Source: Octopus bimaculoides
Taxonomy: Eukaryota
Assembly (NCBI RefSeq): GCF_001194135.2
Contig: NC_068982.1
Location: forward strand, 150,125,284 to 150,178,669
Direction of reading: 5' to 3'
Length of the DNA: 53,386 bases
How positions within the stretch are numbered: the first letter of the stretch is position 1; each line of letters starts with the position of its first letter. This document shows positions 26,442 to 37,968 of this stretch, one piece after another. Position numbers and translations under genes: made by a program. The notes below the pieces were generated by a model, which saw only the letters and a list, made by a program, of their open reading frames with translations, made no database searches and was not told the origin of the DNA.

Positions 26442-27105
26442 GAGTGAGAGAGCGGTGCATGCCATCAAAGTGACACTGGGGTAAAATATACGAAGCCCAG
26501 TATACCCATCATCACTACCCGTCTGATAAGGGTACACGAGCTGGCAGAAACGTTAGCACGCCGGGCGAAATGCTTAGCGGTATTTCGTCTACCGCTACGT
26601 TCTGAGTTCAAATTCCGCCGAGGTCGACTCTGCCTTTCATCCTTTCGGGGTCGATTAAATAAGTACCAGTTACGCACTGGGGTCGGTATAATCGACTTAA
26701 TCCGTTTGTCTGACCTTGTTTGTCCCCTCTGTGGGTAGCCCCTTGTGGGTAGTAAAGAAATAACACGTGTATCACAACCATGTATGCACATGGGGATCTC
26801 ACATCAAGATAAACAGCACATGACCTTGCAGTGGGGCCCAGTTAGAATTTCTTTCAGGTCGAGTAGCATGAATAAGGGTTGTTTAAGGATTATGAATACC
26901 CATGTTTTCAGAATTGAATTATTCAAACCCCACAGAATTCCTCTCGGCACATAGCTATGATGCTCCCCGACTACTTCTGCTCGTGATCAGAGATGCACAT
27001 ATCGTAAACCACTAAGGGACATGCTCAACTGGTTAAGATCAAACAATTGACAAGCGAATCTGTGGTAATGTGCAAAATATTTGCTGTAGCCCATTTTTTA
27101 TACCA
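26442..27105 (-). mobile_element. (AAT)n-bounded ~550-bp non-tRNA element, copy 1 (5'-truncated, interrupted by a SINE)
   Basis: GAGTGAGAGAGC, GACTACCCGTCTGATAA-like, GGGGCCCAGTT, AATTATTCAAACCC and CAGAGATGCACATAT blocks colinear with copies at 27965 and 48258; abuts (ATT)n at 26359-26441. Confidence 0.85.
26538..26763 (+). mobile_element. SINE family C, near-consensus copy nested in the 550-bp element
   Basis: GAGCTGGCAGAAACG head, B box GAGTTCAAATTCC, central GCCTTTCATCCTTTCGGGGTCGA block, which from memory resembles the Meta/MESC-type SINE central domain (unverified). Confidence 0.9.
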
Positions 27106-27107
27106 TT

Positions 27108-27925
27108 TTTTATTGTAGTGTTCCTAGCAGGACTTTTTTTTTTTAACAGTCTGTAGTGTTGAGGATCCAGATATAGCGTCTACATTTTTGTTCATATGAT
27201 TTTTAATCATACCCAATGCTCCAATTATTATTGGCATTGTTTTTACCTTCATGACCTACATTTTGAATGCTTCAATTTCAAGGTCTTTGTACTTCGACAA
27301 TTTTTCCACTTCTTTTAAACAATATTTTAATCAGAAGGGATTGCAATGTCTAACAGCAAGCAGGTGCTTTTTCCCCAATCTTTGACTATTATGTCTGGGC
27401 AATTAGATTTTATTTCTTTATCGGTTTGAACCGGCATATCTCAGATAATTGTGGCCTGAACGTTGTCTTGTACCTTGCTTGGCTCATGTTTATACCACCT
27501 GCTGTCAGTTTTGAGGTTGTAATGTTGGCATATTGCCCATTGGATATAACATATTCAGACTTTGCAAGGACTGGGCAGCCCGAGATAATGTGGTCAACTG
27601 TCTTATTGTGCATTTGGTGTTGAAGCCTGTTTTCATTATTTTGTTTTTATAATTGTTTGTAGTCAGGTACTGCTCTTGTGCAGCGAGAATCAGTCCTTCC
27701 GTTTCGGCTTTTAGTTCAGAGCTTTTGAGTTATTATTGGCTTTTACTTAGGCTCACTTTCTCTCTGCCTAGCCTTACAGGATACTGGCCGCGAAGTGATT
27801 TTTCTCTCCATTTATTTTTCAGCATCTTTTGTAATTCAGTTTGTTCTCCTTGTGTATAGAGGAGAGCGTTTTCTTTTTCTCATGTTACTCTCCTACATGC
27901 AGTAGTCTTCCACTCTTTGTTTCTA
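27108..27925 (-). mobile_element. R4/Dong-like RLE non-LTR retrotransposon, C-terminal fragment
   Basis: SELKAETEGLILAAQEQYLTTN, TVDHIISGCPVLAKSEY (zinc-knuckle remnant), IIWDMPVQTDKEIKSNCPDIIVKD, KLSKYKDLEIE, PIIIGALG, LLGT. Confidence 0.9.
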
Positions 27926-27964
27926 ATTATTATTATTGTTGTTGTTGTTGTTGTTGTTGTTATT

Positions 27965-28189
27965 GAGTGAGAGAGCAGTGCATGCCATGAAAGTGACATT
28001 GGGGTACAATTATACGAAGCCCAGTATACCCATCATGACTACCCGTCTGATAAAGGTACACCAGGTACATGTATCACAACCACATGTGCGCGACATGATG
28101 ATCTTATATCAGGATAAACAGCGCATGACCTTGCAGGTGGGGCCCAGTTAAAATTTTCTTCTGGTTGAGTAGTCCATCCCGCTTAAAAG
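27965..28189 (-). mobile_element. (AAT)n-bounded element, copy 2 (3' ~225 bp)
   Basis: Colinear with 26442 and 48258; begins after (ATT)n(GTT)n. Confidence 0.85.
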
Positions 28190-28195
28190 TAGAGA

Positions 28196-28377
28196 TGTTG
28201 TGGGGATCATAGTAATAATGGTACACCTCTCCCACGTGACAAGCGGTATATGCTAGTTGCTATAAATAAGGTGACGTCGGTCAGTATAGGGAGAGAGTAC
28301 GTAGCAGGCGTTCTTAGACAGCCATATCTTTACTGGTCTAACAACTATATTGCTCTACTGAAGTGGGCGTTATAACA
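28196..28377. mobile_element. Possible solo LTR
   Basis: 182 bp, TGTT...AACA termini, internal TATAAATA; no TSD visible. Confidence 0.25.
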
Positions 28378-28572
28378 ATCCGACTTTAATGATTACAACA
28401 CCTTCTTCATGAGCTGCGCATATAAGTGCTTCAGTCTCTTATTTTCAGATCACTCCTCCTCATCCTTAGCCACCGGTCTGCTGTTTTTCTTTCTTTTCTT
28501 GTGTTCTTTTCCTCTTTAGGCTTTTCTTTCTTTACACAATTATCAGTTTTAACGATGCCGAACTTCTTCACA

Positions 28573-28575
<3 letters not shown>
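28378..28575 (-). mobile_element. R4/Dong-like fragment (post-RT region)
   Basis: Minus-strand WLRM, SDLKI and ETEALICAAHEE parallel the ELKAETEGLILAAQEQ motif at ~27700. Confidence 0.65.
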
Positions 28576-28602
<27 letters not shown>

Positions 28603-28606
<4 letters not shown>

Positions 28607-28945
28607 GGTTTGGCTCAGGTTCGGTCTAATTCCTGGAAGGATTTATGTGGATAGCATGTTACTTCTTGTAACCTTAAGTATCCACAAGTTTTTAGCAGTC
28701 TTTCAAGTGCTTAGACTGCCTCCTGAGAATCCTTGCTGTCCCTAAGAAACAAACTTACTGTGGGAGCTCTACCCGGCATTCTATCTCAATCTCCTTCAGC
28801 CATTTGTCTATATATTAATATTATTTTGGTTTGGCTCAGCTTCAGTCTTATTCCTGGTAGCCATTTGTCTAAATCTTGGCTTACTGTTCTCAACGCACCA
28901 ATTATTATAGGCACGACCTTTACTGTTCGCATGCTCCAAATTCTT
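28603..28945 (-). mobile_element. R4/Dong-like 3' ends (rearranged pair) ending in (AAT)n
   Basis: RIWSMRTVKVVPIIIGALRTVSQDLDKWL, DKWLKEIEIEC, FLGTARILRR; duplicated 32-bp terminus at 28605-28636 and 28826-28857. Confidence 0.8.
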
Positions 28946-29039
28946 ACTGAAAGACGCCTATCGTATATATGTGCATGCGTATGTATGTTTGCGTGTGTGT
29001 GTGTGTGTGTGTGTGTCAATCTGTCTGTCTGTGTGTCTA

Positions 29040-29275
29040 TATCACTGTGTGTTTGTATTTGCCCTCCCCACCGCTTGTTTACGTTTGTTTACGTTCCCAT
29101 CGCTTACCAGTTCGACATAAAGAGACCGATAAAATAAGTATCAGACATTAAAAAAATAATAATAAGTACTGGGATGATAAGTTCTGCGATCGATTTGTTC
29201 GACCAAACCCTTTAAGGCGGTACCCCAGCATGACCGCAATCCAATGACAGAAACAATTAAAAGATAAAAAAAAAA
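29040..29275 (+). mobile_element. SINE family A body and tail
   Basis: GTTTACGTTCCC, GAGACCGATAAAATAAGT, TAAGGCGGTACCCCAGCATGACCGCA, GAAACAATTAAAAGATAAAA. Confidence 0.8.
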
Positions 29276-29696
29276 CATAACTGATTAACAACTAATCGAA
29301 GACAGCAAAAGGACAAATCTGCTTCTATATATCCGATGTGAGTGAAAGTCCAAATAGATCAAGCGTTGTGAAATACCACAGATATTGAACTGCCGAAGCA
29401 AGCACAAACAAGTTTCCTTGATATCTCGCTACACCGTATAAATAGGCAGTGTTGTCTATAATAACAGAAAATTGATTTAATGTAGAAACAATAAGTATAA
29501 AGCCTGTGAATTCTATGAAAGGAAATAGGAAAATAATTATTTGTATGTTTTTCCTAAGGACATAAGTGATGTTAGGGCTCTGCATTGGTTTGATATCCGT
29601 TATGAAATCGTGCTACAAAAAAGTACTAAACATGTTTTCTTACTTCGGAACAAGGTCACGTATTTTGGATTATTGTGTTTATTATCTTTTATCATT

Positions 29697-29876
29697 CTAC
29701 CTTTTATTTGCTTCAGTCATTAGACGGTGGCTTTGCTGGGGCACCACCTTGACGAGTTTAATCGAATAAATCGATCCCAGCTTGATACTTATTCTCTTTT
29801 GTCGAACCGCTAGATTACGGGAACGTAAACAAACCCGGAACCATTTGGTTGGTAGGCAAGCTACTTAACACACAGC

Positions 29877-29882
<6 letters not shown>
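29697..29882 (-). mobile_element. SINE family A, internally deleted
   Basis: Reverse complement reads GTGGCTGTGTGTTAAGTAGCTTGCCTACCAACCAAATGGTTCCGGG joined to TTTGTTTACGTTCCCGTAA, then the tail. Confidence 0.8.
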
Positions 29883-29915
<33 letters not shown>

Positions 29916-29952
29916 GTGTGTGTGTATATACGCACACATGCATCCTATATAT

Positions 29953-29994
<42 letters not shown>

Positions 29995-31559
29995 NNNNNN
30001 NNNNNNNNNNNNNNNNNNNNNNNNNNNNNNNNNNNNNNNNNNNNNNNNNNNNNNNNNNNNNNNNNNNNNNNNNNNNNNNNNNNNNNNNNNNNNNNNNNNN
30101 NNNNNNNNNNNCGGCAGCGGTGGTGGTGGTGGTGGTGGTGGTGTCGACATCAAATAAAACAAATTAAAGATGGTGGAAATGGAAAAGCTCCAGCGTATGC
30201 TTTGAAGTGTGTGTATGTTTTTTTCTCATTATCAGTTCAAATCCTAACAGAATCGCCTTCAGATTGCGTCTTTACATCTATGTTATTTGCTGGTAGATGT
30301 TCTCAAAAAGAAAAAAACTTATCCAGTTAGACGTAAATATATTTCACAAAATCAGAAAGTGATACTTTGTGTATGCATGTACAAGCATATGACGTAAATT
30401 TTGTACCTGCGCCAACGCATACGTTCGTGTGAGTGTGCATGTGCATGTATGTATGTGTATGTGTTAGAATAGGTTTTCGGCTCAAAACAATTTGTTCCGC
30501 TTAGCTTGCTAATCACATCCCAAGCTGAGCATAAGCAATTTTAGATTATCACACAAATCTATTAATAATAGTTATGTATATATTTCTAGTCACAGATTAT
30601 GGAATCTGATACAAATAATGGTGACCTTGATATTAAATAGGCAACTTAGTCATTTGCCTTGATATCATTAGCGTGTTTCAGTGTGTGATAATGTATAAAA
30701 CAGTTGTATCGTGCTGATATGAGTGACGTGAAACTCAAACGCTATTGCATTGGGGTATTATTAAAGGACATTTTTAATTAATTTATTGTTTCTTTTTGCT
30801 ACGTTTAAGTGGGGAGTGTTATATTTCATTTTGATTTATATTTATTTTATTGGCTTTCGTGTTTGCTATTGCTTTTTAACTGTATTGTTGTTTTAGATAA
30901 TTTATGAACGTCAAGGAAGTCATCCAGCTGATAAGTAAAGATCATTGCACAGGCGGCGAATGTCCCAAAACGTTGTTTTTAATCGATTATTGCATTATCC
31001 CGTAACCAACTGATAAGCCAACTGAATTAGTTTGTCGATTTCAAGAAATGAATTTGTAGAAATAAATTTCCGGAACGCTCTGATTGATAAATGCTTTGTA
31101 TCAACATCATCTGAGTATGTATATATGTGGATCATATACGTATGTATGTACATACATTGTGTGTCTGTGTGTCGGTGTGTTTCTGAGTGTGTCTGTGTGT
31201 GCATGTGTGTGTATGTATGTTTGTGTACATACATACATACATACATACATACATACATACATACGTACATACATACATACATACATACGTACATACATAC
31301 ATACATACGTACATACATACATACATACGTACATACACATAGAGTCGATGTTGAGCACGTCAGCATAAGAAGGCTGTTCATCTTTCTGTAATGAATACTA
31401 TCCCAAAAGAACTTTTACCATTATGGTGAAAAAGATTGGTTATCTTGTTTGAAGAAATGCAAAGAAGTGCCTTTTTATGGAAGATCATAGTAGTAATCAA
31501 GTGGAGAAATTAACTGAAACTCGTTCCGGCTGAACAGGAAACTGGTGTCAGCTTTCACA

Positions 31560-34400
31560 AGTCACTGATCTGTCGAGAGAAACTTCAGTGGACTTTTAAT
31601 TTGAACCAAGACTTGTACCAATTCTATAAAAAAAAAGGAGAGAGATCTGTTGATAGGCCCTATAAAAAGATGAAGAATGGCTAAAACTTAAAATAACCCA
31701 ACTGCTTGAAATTCAGTGTTAAATAACTACGACAACAAACCTTCGTTTAGAAAAAAATAGCATTTATTCCTACAGACTATCAGAATCACACAGCAAGAAA
31801 GAATTACACCAAACCAGTGAATCCTTCTCCCGAGAAGATCATAAATAATACGGACGATGACAATGTGACAATAAGAAAACTGCAACGAACATGTTGTCGT
31901 TACACGAACGAGCAGGAACCGATTGTGAACAACAGAAATAATGACTGAAGAATATAAATAATCAAAAGCACTCTTAACAGCAAAATTCAAACAAGGCTTT
32001 GCTATTTACATTAATAAACAATCACATGAGAGAACGATTACCACACAAATCGATAGTAAAACCAACCGATCTGATGGATTTGCGATGTTATAACTAAAGA
32101 ACAATTAGCAGAGATTTGAAAATCTCAACTTCTGGACATCTAATGTTCTGCTGTATTGTGCTGCATTTACCATTCACCAATATACGGGAATAACGGAGAT
32201 CGATCGCAGTGAGAAGAAACAACCAAAATGGATTACCTCTCTCCAGGCACATATCGACAGACTTAGAAAAAGTATTGGACAGCTAGATACTATCATTAAG
32301 CGCAAAGTTGATAAATTCACGAACCACCAGCTACAAGTTTATGATAGATTATCTAAATATTAAAAAATTTGTAGGTATGTAGCACTTCGTTATGCAAAGA
32401 CAATAGACTGTAAAGTATACTAAATGTTCTCATAAGTCAGTACCACGTTCTATTGAGTCAGCAGTGCTCTTTACATTATTTCGTTAAGTTTATTTTAACA
32501 GATATTCTATAGAACTTACAGCCAGCACTGATTCTTGCTACAACGTTTCGTATCGAGACGTCAGATGTAAATAAACAATGTGGTTGAAGACAAAAGTGGG
32601 TAATGAGTGTATGTGCCATATTTTGGGGGCTTCAGCACTCATCTAACCTACTATTGCCTCCGAACACATTGCTTATTTTATCTAAAGTCTAAGGGAAATA
32701 TCAACAAGAAACGCTAACGAGCAAGTTAATTTCTCTTTAGCTTGGAATGCGAGCAGTTAGGGAACAATTTCGTCATGAAAGAGATCTTCGAGAACGAAAG
32801 GCCATCAATGCAAGTTAGCAAAATCCCACAGGCGGCGTCTTAATATGAAAGGCCATGCCATCAAGATTGTAGAAGCTCCGCGCCTGGATGATCTAGAGTT
32901 GTTTTGGGAACTGAAATTTAAACAAAGAATACAAGCAAGATGCAATGTGGCTAGATGAGATACGGGGTGACTACTGTGCAAACATCTCTCCTAAAACTTA
33001 TAATATTAAGAGGAAACCACCATCACCACCCCCAAAACTTATAGTACCTACAGGAAAACTCTCATAGCATTTGTTGCAAAACTACCGAATAGAAATCACA
33101 TGGGAAGGATAGTCGGTTATTGGAATAACAAGCTCACACTCTATAGAGCAGCCCCAGTTAACCTGTTCAAAAGAATGAGCTGACATTGATAGGGTCAACT
33201 GGTTGTCAGGTGCATGTACAACACTAGAAGCCAAAAAAATTATAAATAGCAAAACGCACAATGTAGTAACTGAACAGTAGTCAGCCCCTTGTCAGCCTTG
33301 TTATGGATATACAAAAGGTTACTTGAAAGGAGCAGCAGATAAAAGAACGATTAATTTCATTCATCCACACACTTTTTGTTGGTGACATTAAGCTCTACTT
33401 ATATAAAGTTGGCACATCAAAAAGTAGTTAGAACTGGTCACTACATTCTCGTGGGATATGAGAATGGATTTTGGTCAGAAAAATTGTGCAAGTTTGATAA
33501 TCAAACGAGGAAAGATTGTCGACCAAGGAAGAGTACTGTTATCATTTTCTTGTCTATCTCCAGAAATGAATGTTACAAATACTTTGAAATTGATGGAATT
33601 ACTGTATATATTGGTGTTGTTACAGAAACAAAAGAATACTTCAGCAGATCTTGGAATATTTGGCAATCAGATCTGTCCGCATTCAATAAAACTGTATCCC
33701 ATAATGCTTTAGCAGTGCCAGTGCTAGTACCCACAAACGGAATCTTGAAGAAATCCGCAACGTGGACATCAGGATTAGCGAAGATACTAACAATGACCGG
33801 TAACTTCTACATCAAGAGTAGCACTGAGAGGATCTATGTTAAAAGAAGGGACTGAGGTAGAGACATAATATCTGTCCAAACGGCCTTTGTATACCACTTA
33901 GACAACACCCACTGAACAGCAAAAACAGAAATAAGTATATCACCTGATCAACAAAAGAGATCAGGATGTCTCTAAATAGCCATAATGTGATAGGACGTGT
34001 CAATTGTCTCATATCAGTGTTAAAGATATCAGTCATATCATTACTAGCTGTTCAAAAGTGTCCGCAAGATACCTCCTTCTCATGAAACATAACGTTGCCG
34101 CTAAGATGGTCCGCAATGCTTTTCGCAGGAAGGATTATCCTAACTGTCACATCAAAGGCACACCAGAACCAAAAAGTTTCCGCATGTCTAAAAATAAAAA
34201 ATACAGTATCCCAATAAAAACAGCAACCTGATATAAGCACAACGGGACAGATATTGTTGTATAGGGCATAGAGCAAAAGTTATGCACCACGGTAGAGATC
34301 GATTGCCCAGCGGATGTGAATATCTCTTCAAAAATTGGGGGAAAGGATAATATCTATGGATAATTGAAGAGAGAACTACAGTCTTACATCTCTTATATAT
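31560..34400 (+). mobile_element. Old, near full-span R4/Dong-like RLE retrotransposon (many stops, deletions, one ~300-bp insertion)
   Basis: In order: QWTFNLNQDLYQFYK..RPYKKM (~31580), PKWITSLQAHIDRLRKSIGQL (~32225), APRLDDLELFW..AMWLDEI (~32880), KCASLIIKRGK, NALAVPVL, KSSTERIYVKRR (~33830), DIVV..VEIDCPADVNIS (RLE, ~34300). Confidence 0.75.
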
Positions 34401-35133
34401 GTTAGTGGAATCCTCAAGCATTTACACTATAATGAACAGCTGAAAAACTCATCGTCGAAATCAGCACAAGATTCAGTATCAACATGAGTGCCTGTGTGTG
34501 TTCGTATATGTGCGTAGCATAATATATTTTAGTTGTTATATAAGTTGACAGAAAAGAATATTTTGAAAATATTATTAAACTCACAGTAGGGTTGCTATGA
34601 ATATTTAGGTTTAGTTAGAAACCAGAAAATTGAATTCAACAATCGATCTAACAAAACATTTGCGCTAAGGACAGGGTTAGAAGTGAAAAAAAAATCTGCT
34701 GATTGTTATCCTAGGAATTAGGCAGATTATTTGTTCGATTATTCAAGACATCACAGTTAATGCGTCCATTCGTTAGTAATAATGATAACTGTTCCATATG
34801 CAGTTGTCATTACTACTGAGATCATTCCGAGACAATATCACTTTTGATAAACTTCTCAAGTCAGTTTAATTTACGAAATTGTTAGCAGCGATATTGAAAG
34901 CGATACTTTGCCGTGATCTAAGCGCTATTTCATACACTCAAATCTTGTTTCTTTCTAGCCAATAACAATAATACTAATGAAACAATAGTCATTGGTTATT
35001 CATTAAGTAAATTGTATTTTTCAGCTGTCACTAAAGTCTCAAATATCACTGTCAAATAGAGTCGATTATACGTCAAACTCTATAATTATTTTAAATGAAA
35101 TCTGATATCGTCAGAGAAAAATAATCATATTTA

Positions 35134-35350
35134 ATGGTGATGATGGCGGTGGCGGTGGCGGCGGCGCCGGCGGTGGTGGTGGTGCTGCTGGTGGTGCTGG
35201 TGGTGGTGGTGGTCGTCGTCGTCGTCGTCATTGTTGTCGTGGTCATGGTGGCATTGGTTGTGATTGAGGGAGAAGGCAACGACGACGACGAAAGAAAAAA
35301 AGAAAGAAGAAATAAAGAAAAAGAAAGGAAGGACGGAAAAGAAAGGAAAG
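35134..35350. repeat. Compound triplet/purine microsatellite (GGC/GGT/GTC/GAC/GAAA)
   Basis: Direct reading; accounts for the low-complexity ORFs here. Confidence 0.9.
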
Positions 35351-35850
35351 GGGGAAAGTGCCGAGATTTTATATAATCTTGCTTTGCTCTCGCTGCCAAT
35401 TAGATTTTCTTTTTCTATCGATCTGCATGACCCGGAAAATGCAAATGATGGCAGAAATAAGCAATTGACTACTTGGAATGTGGTAGACCCTCTGGAAAGA
35501 AGCGAAAGTATTTGTATAAATCTTGTATAATTTCTTGAGAGAAGAAATAGATTAATAAAAGAAGAAAAACATATTTCTGGCCTCCAAAACTGTGATAACT
35601 GTCGGCATATATTTTAAATAACCAGGGATAATTACATTTCGCACATGATCAAAATCTGCGCTGCGCTTCCACGGAGATGCTTATATACAAAGAAATCCTG
35701 ATATCCTTTGAGTTAATAATCTAAACCAATTCAAGACTTCAGAATTACACAAGGAAAAGGTTATTTGTTCTCTGTGGACCAAAATCTGGTGAGTGGAACT
35801 CAGTAGATTGAAGAAGTACAGAAATGTATGTATGTATGCATGAAAGTGAA

Positions 35851-35940
35851 GGCGCGTGGTCCAGTGCTGCACTCATGATCGCAAGATCATGGTTTCGATT
35901 TTTGAGTAAAGCACTTCATTTAACATTGCACTGCGATCAT
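35851..35940 (+). mobile_element. SINE family D head, deleted and degenerate
   Basis: GGCGCGTGGTCCAGTG, GGTTTCGATT, GAGTAAAGCACTTCATTT. Confidence 0.5.
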
Positions 35941-36492
35941 TTCTACATCTGCCGTATGGCAAACAGTGAATTTGTACAGGTAATGTGGATTTGATTGAGG
36001 GAGGGAGGGGGTGACCGGTTCAATCAATTGATCATTAATAACAATTCACCTGTGCAGAAGTTGCTGAACCCTCGTTAATCGTTTACGACACGAGAATCCA
36101 CGAGACATCACGAGGTGAGCCTGTATCTGCAAGTGCGTATGCGTTGTGGCTTCTGAGATTTTTTGTTTTTCTTGTTTTGGATTTGTTGTTGTTTTGTTTG
36201 GTTGTTTTTTATTTTTTTGTTTACATTGGGTCTAAAACTAATGTTTTCTTTTTATGTCTGTTTCTGTTTAGGACAAATTCAAATATTACCCGACAAAATA
36301 GGTGCCAGATTGAAATAAGTAGTGGGTTCGAAGAAGTCGACTAAACAATAGTACATCCCCATAGTTAATCAATAAAACTACTCTATAACATCTTGCCATC
36401 ACAACCTACCATACAGCTTGATTATCATTCAACCCTAGAAAATTTGAACTTAACAGAAACTATATAAAACCAACATGAACCGAAATGCATCT

Positions 36493-36535
36493 CAGTCTGA
36501 TGATGACTTGGCTGGCCGAAACATCGAAGTCAGTG
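36493..36535 (+). ncRNA. Minimal type-I hammerhead-ribozyme-like motif
   Basis: CAGT-CTGATGA-T-GACT-TGGCT-GGCC-GAAA-CATCGAAG-TC-AGTG: intact core and GTC cleavage triplet; stem III one base from the palindrome ACATCGATGT; stem I 3 of 4 pairs. Confidence 0.6.
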
Positions 36536-36619
36536 TGTGTGCGTGTGTGTGTGCATGTGCGTGCGTGCGTGAGTGCGTGTGTGCGCGAGTGTGTGTGTTC
36601 ATGCAGGCATGTATGTATG

Positions 36620-37491
36620 CTGCCAATTCAAAAGTTTTCCACCCTCTTAACTGTGACCTCCTCCATGCAGATGACTGTGACTTAGTCACTCATACAGTAG
36701 ATGACATGCAAATACTTATGAATCGTATTTCTGCTTCTTGCAAGGCATTTGGACTCGCCATTAGCCTGGACAAGACTGTTGTAATGTTCCAGCCTGCACC
36801 AGGAAATCCATATGTGGAACCAGCTACTTTGGTTGAAGGAACACTACTAGAAGTGGTAGACAAGTTTGTCTACTTGGGCAGCACACCCAGCCGTTCTTGC
36901 TCCCTGGATGATGAAATAGCTTTCAGGCTGCAGAGAGCAACTGATTCCTTCCGGTCTCTTGAGTCTAGTGTCTGGTCCCAGCATGGAATCACATGGCAAG
37001 CAAAATTTGCTGTGTACCGTGCATATGTACTGACATCGCTCCTTTACTCATGTGAGACATGCACCCTTTACAAACGTCGTGTAAAGGTCCTTGAACACTT
37101 CTATCAGAGATATCTGAGACACATTCTGAATGTTGGCTGGACCTTAAAAACTCCAGATCCACAGGACTTGAGGAAAGTTGATATCTTGAGTATTGAGGCG
37201 ATGGTGCACAAGCACCAGTTACGTTGGTCTGGACACCTTATTAGAATAAAGGAGAGCAGGATCCCTAAACAGATGTTATATGGGGAAGTTGTTAGTGGAA
37301 AGAGACCCCAGCAGAAACCAAGGCTGCGATTTAAGGATTGTGTCAAGTCCTCATTAAAGGCTTGTGATATGCAGGAGACCGACTGGGAGAGCAAAGCCTG
37401 TCATCGCCACAGATGGAGGAAGCAGGTTAAGGAGGGAGTCAACACCTTTGAAAACGCACGTATTCTTCAGAAAGAAACTAAATGTGCTTAA
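36620..37491 (+). mobile_element. RTE-clade LINE, RT C-terminal half, uninterrupted for ~290 codons
   Basis: LLHADDCDL, FGLAISLDKTVVMFQPAPG, VDKFVYLGST, YRAYVLTSLLYSCET, QLRWSGHLIRI, RIPKQMLYGE, RFKDCVKSSLK, WRKQVKEG. Confidence 0.95.
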
Positions 37492-37500
37492 TATATATAG

Positions 37501-37662
37501 ACGCAGGCGTAGCTGTGTGGCAAAAAGATTGCTTCCCAACCACATGGCTCCGAGTTCAGTTCAACGGCTTGACAACTTGGATAAGTTTCTTCTACTATAA
37601 CCTCGGGTCGACCAAAGCCTTGTAAGTGGATTTGAGAGACGGAAACTAAAAGACTCCCGTCG

Positions 37663-37744
<82 letters not shown>

Positions 37745-37968
37745 TGTCTGTCTGTCTGTCTGTCTGTCCCACCACCACCGCTTGACAACTGGTGTTGGTG
37801 TTTACGTTCCTGTAACTTAGCGGTTCGGCTTAAGAGGACGATAGAATACGTAGCGGACTTCAAAATAATATAAGTCTTGTGGTCGATTAGTTCGACTTAA
37901 AACCCTATAAGGTGGTGCCCCAGCATGGCCGGAGTCAAATGACTGAAACGAGGAAAAGATAAAAGATA
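37501..37968 (+). mobile_element. SINE family A, full-length copy with internal (TG)n
   Basis: A-box-like TAGCTGTGTGG, B-box-like GAGTTCAGTTC, internal microsatellite, tail CAGCATGGCC...GACTGAAAC...AAAAGATAAAAGA. Confidence 0.92.

Noticed and set aside
30940-30980. GGCGAATGTCCCAAAACGTT as another hammerhead
   Set aside because: No CUGANGA half and GAAA is mutated; too degenerate to call.
36475-36620. N-terminal extension of the 338-aa ORF as a chimeric gene
   Set aside because: It reads through a hammerhead-like motif and a (TG)-rich microsatellite; chance in-frame fusion is the simpler explanation.
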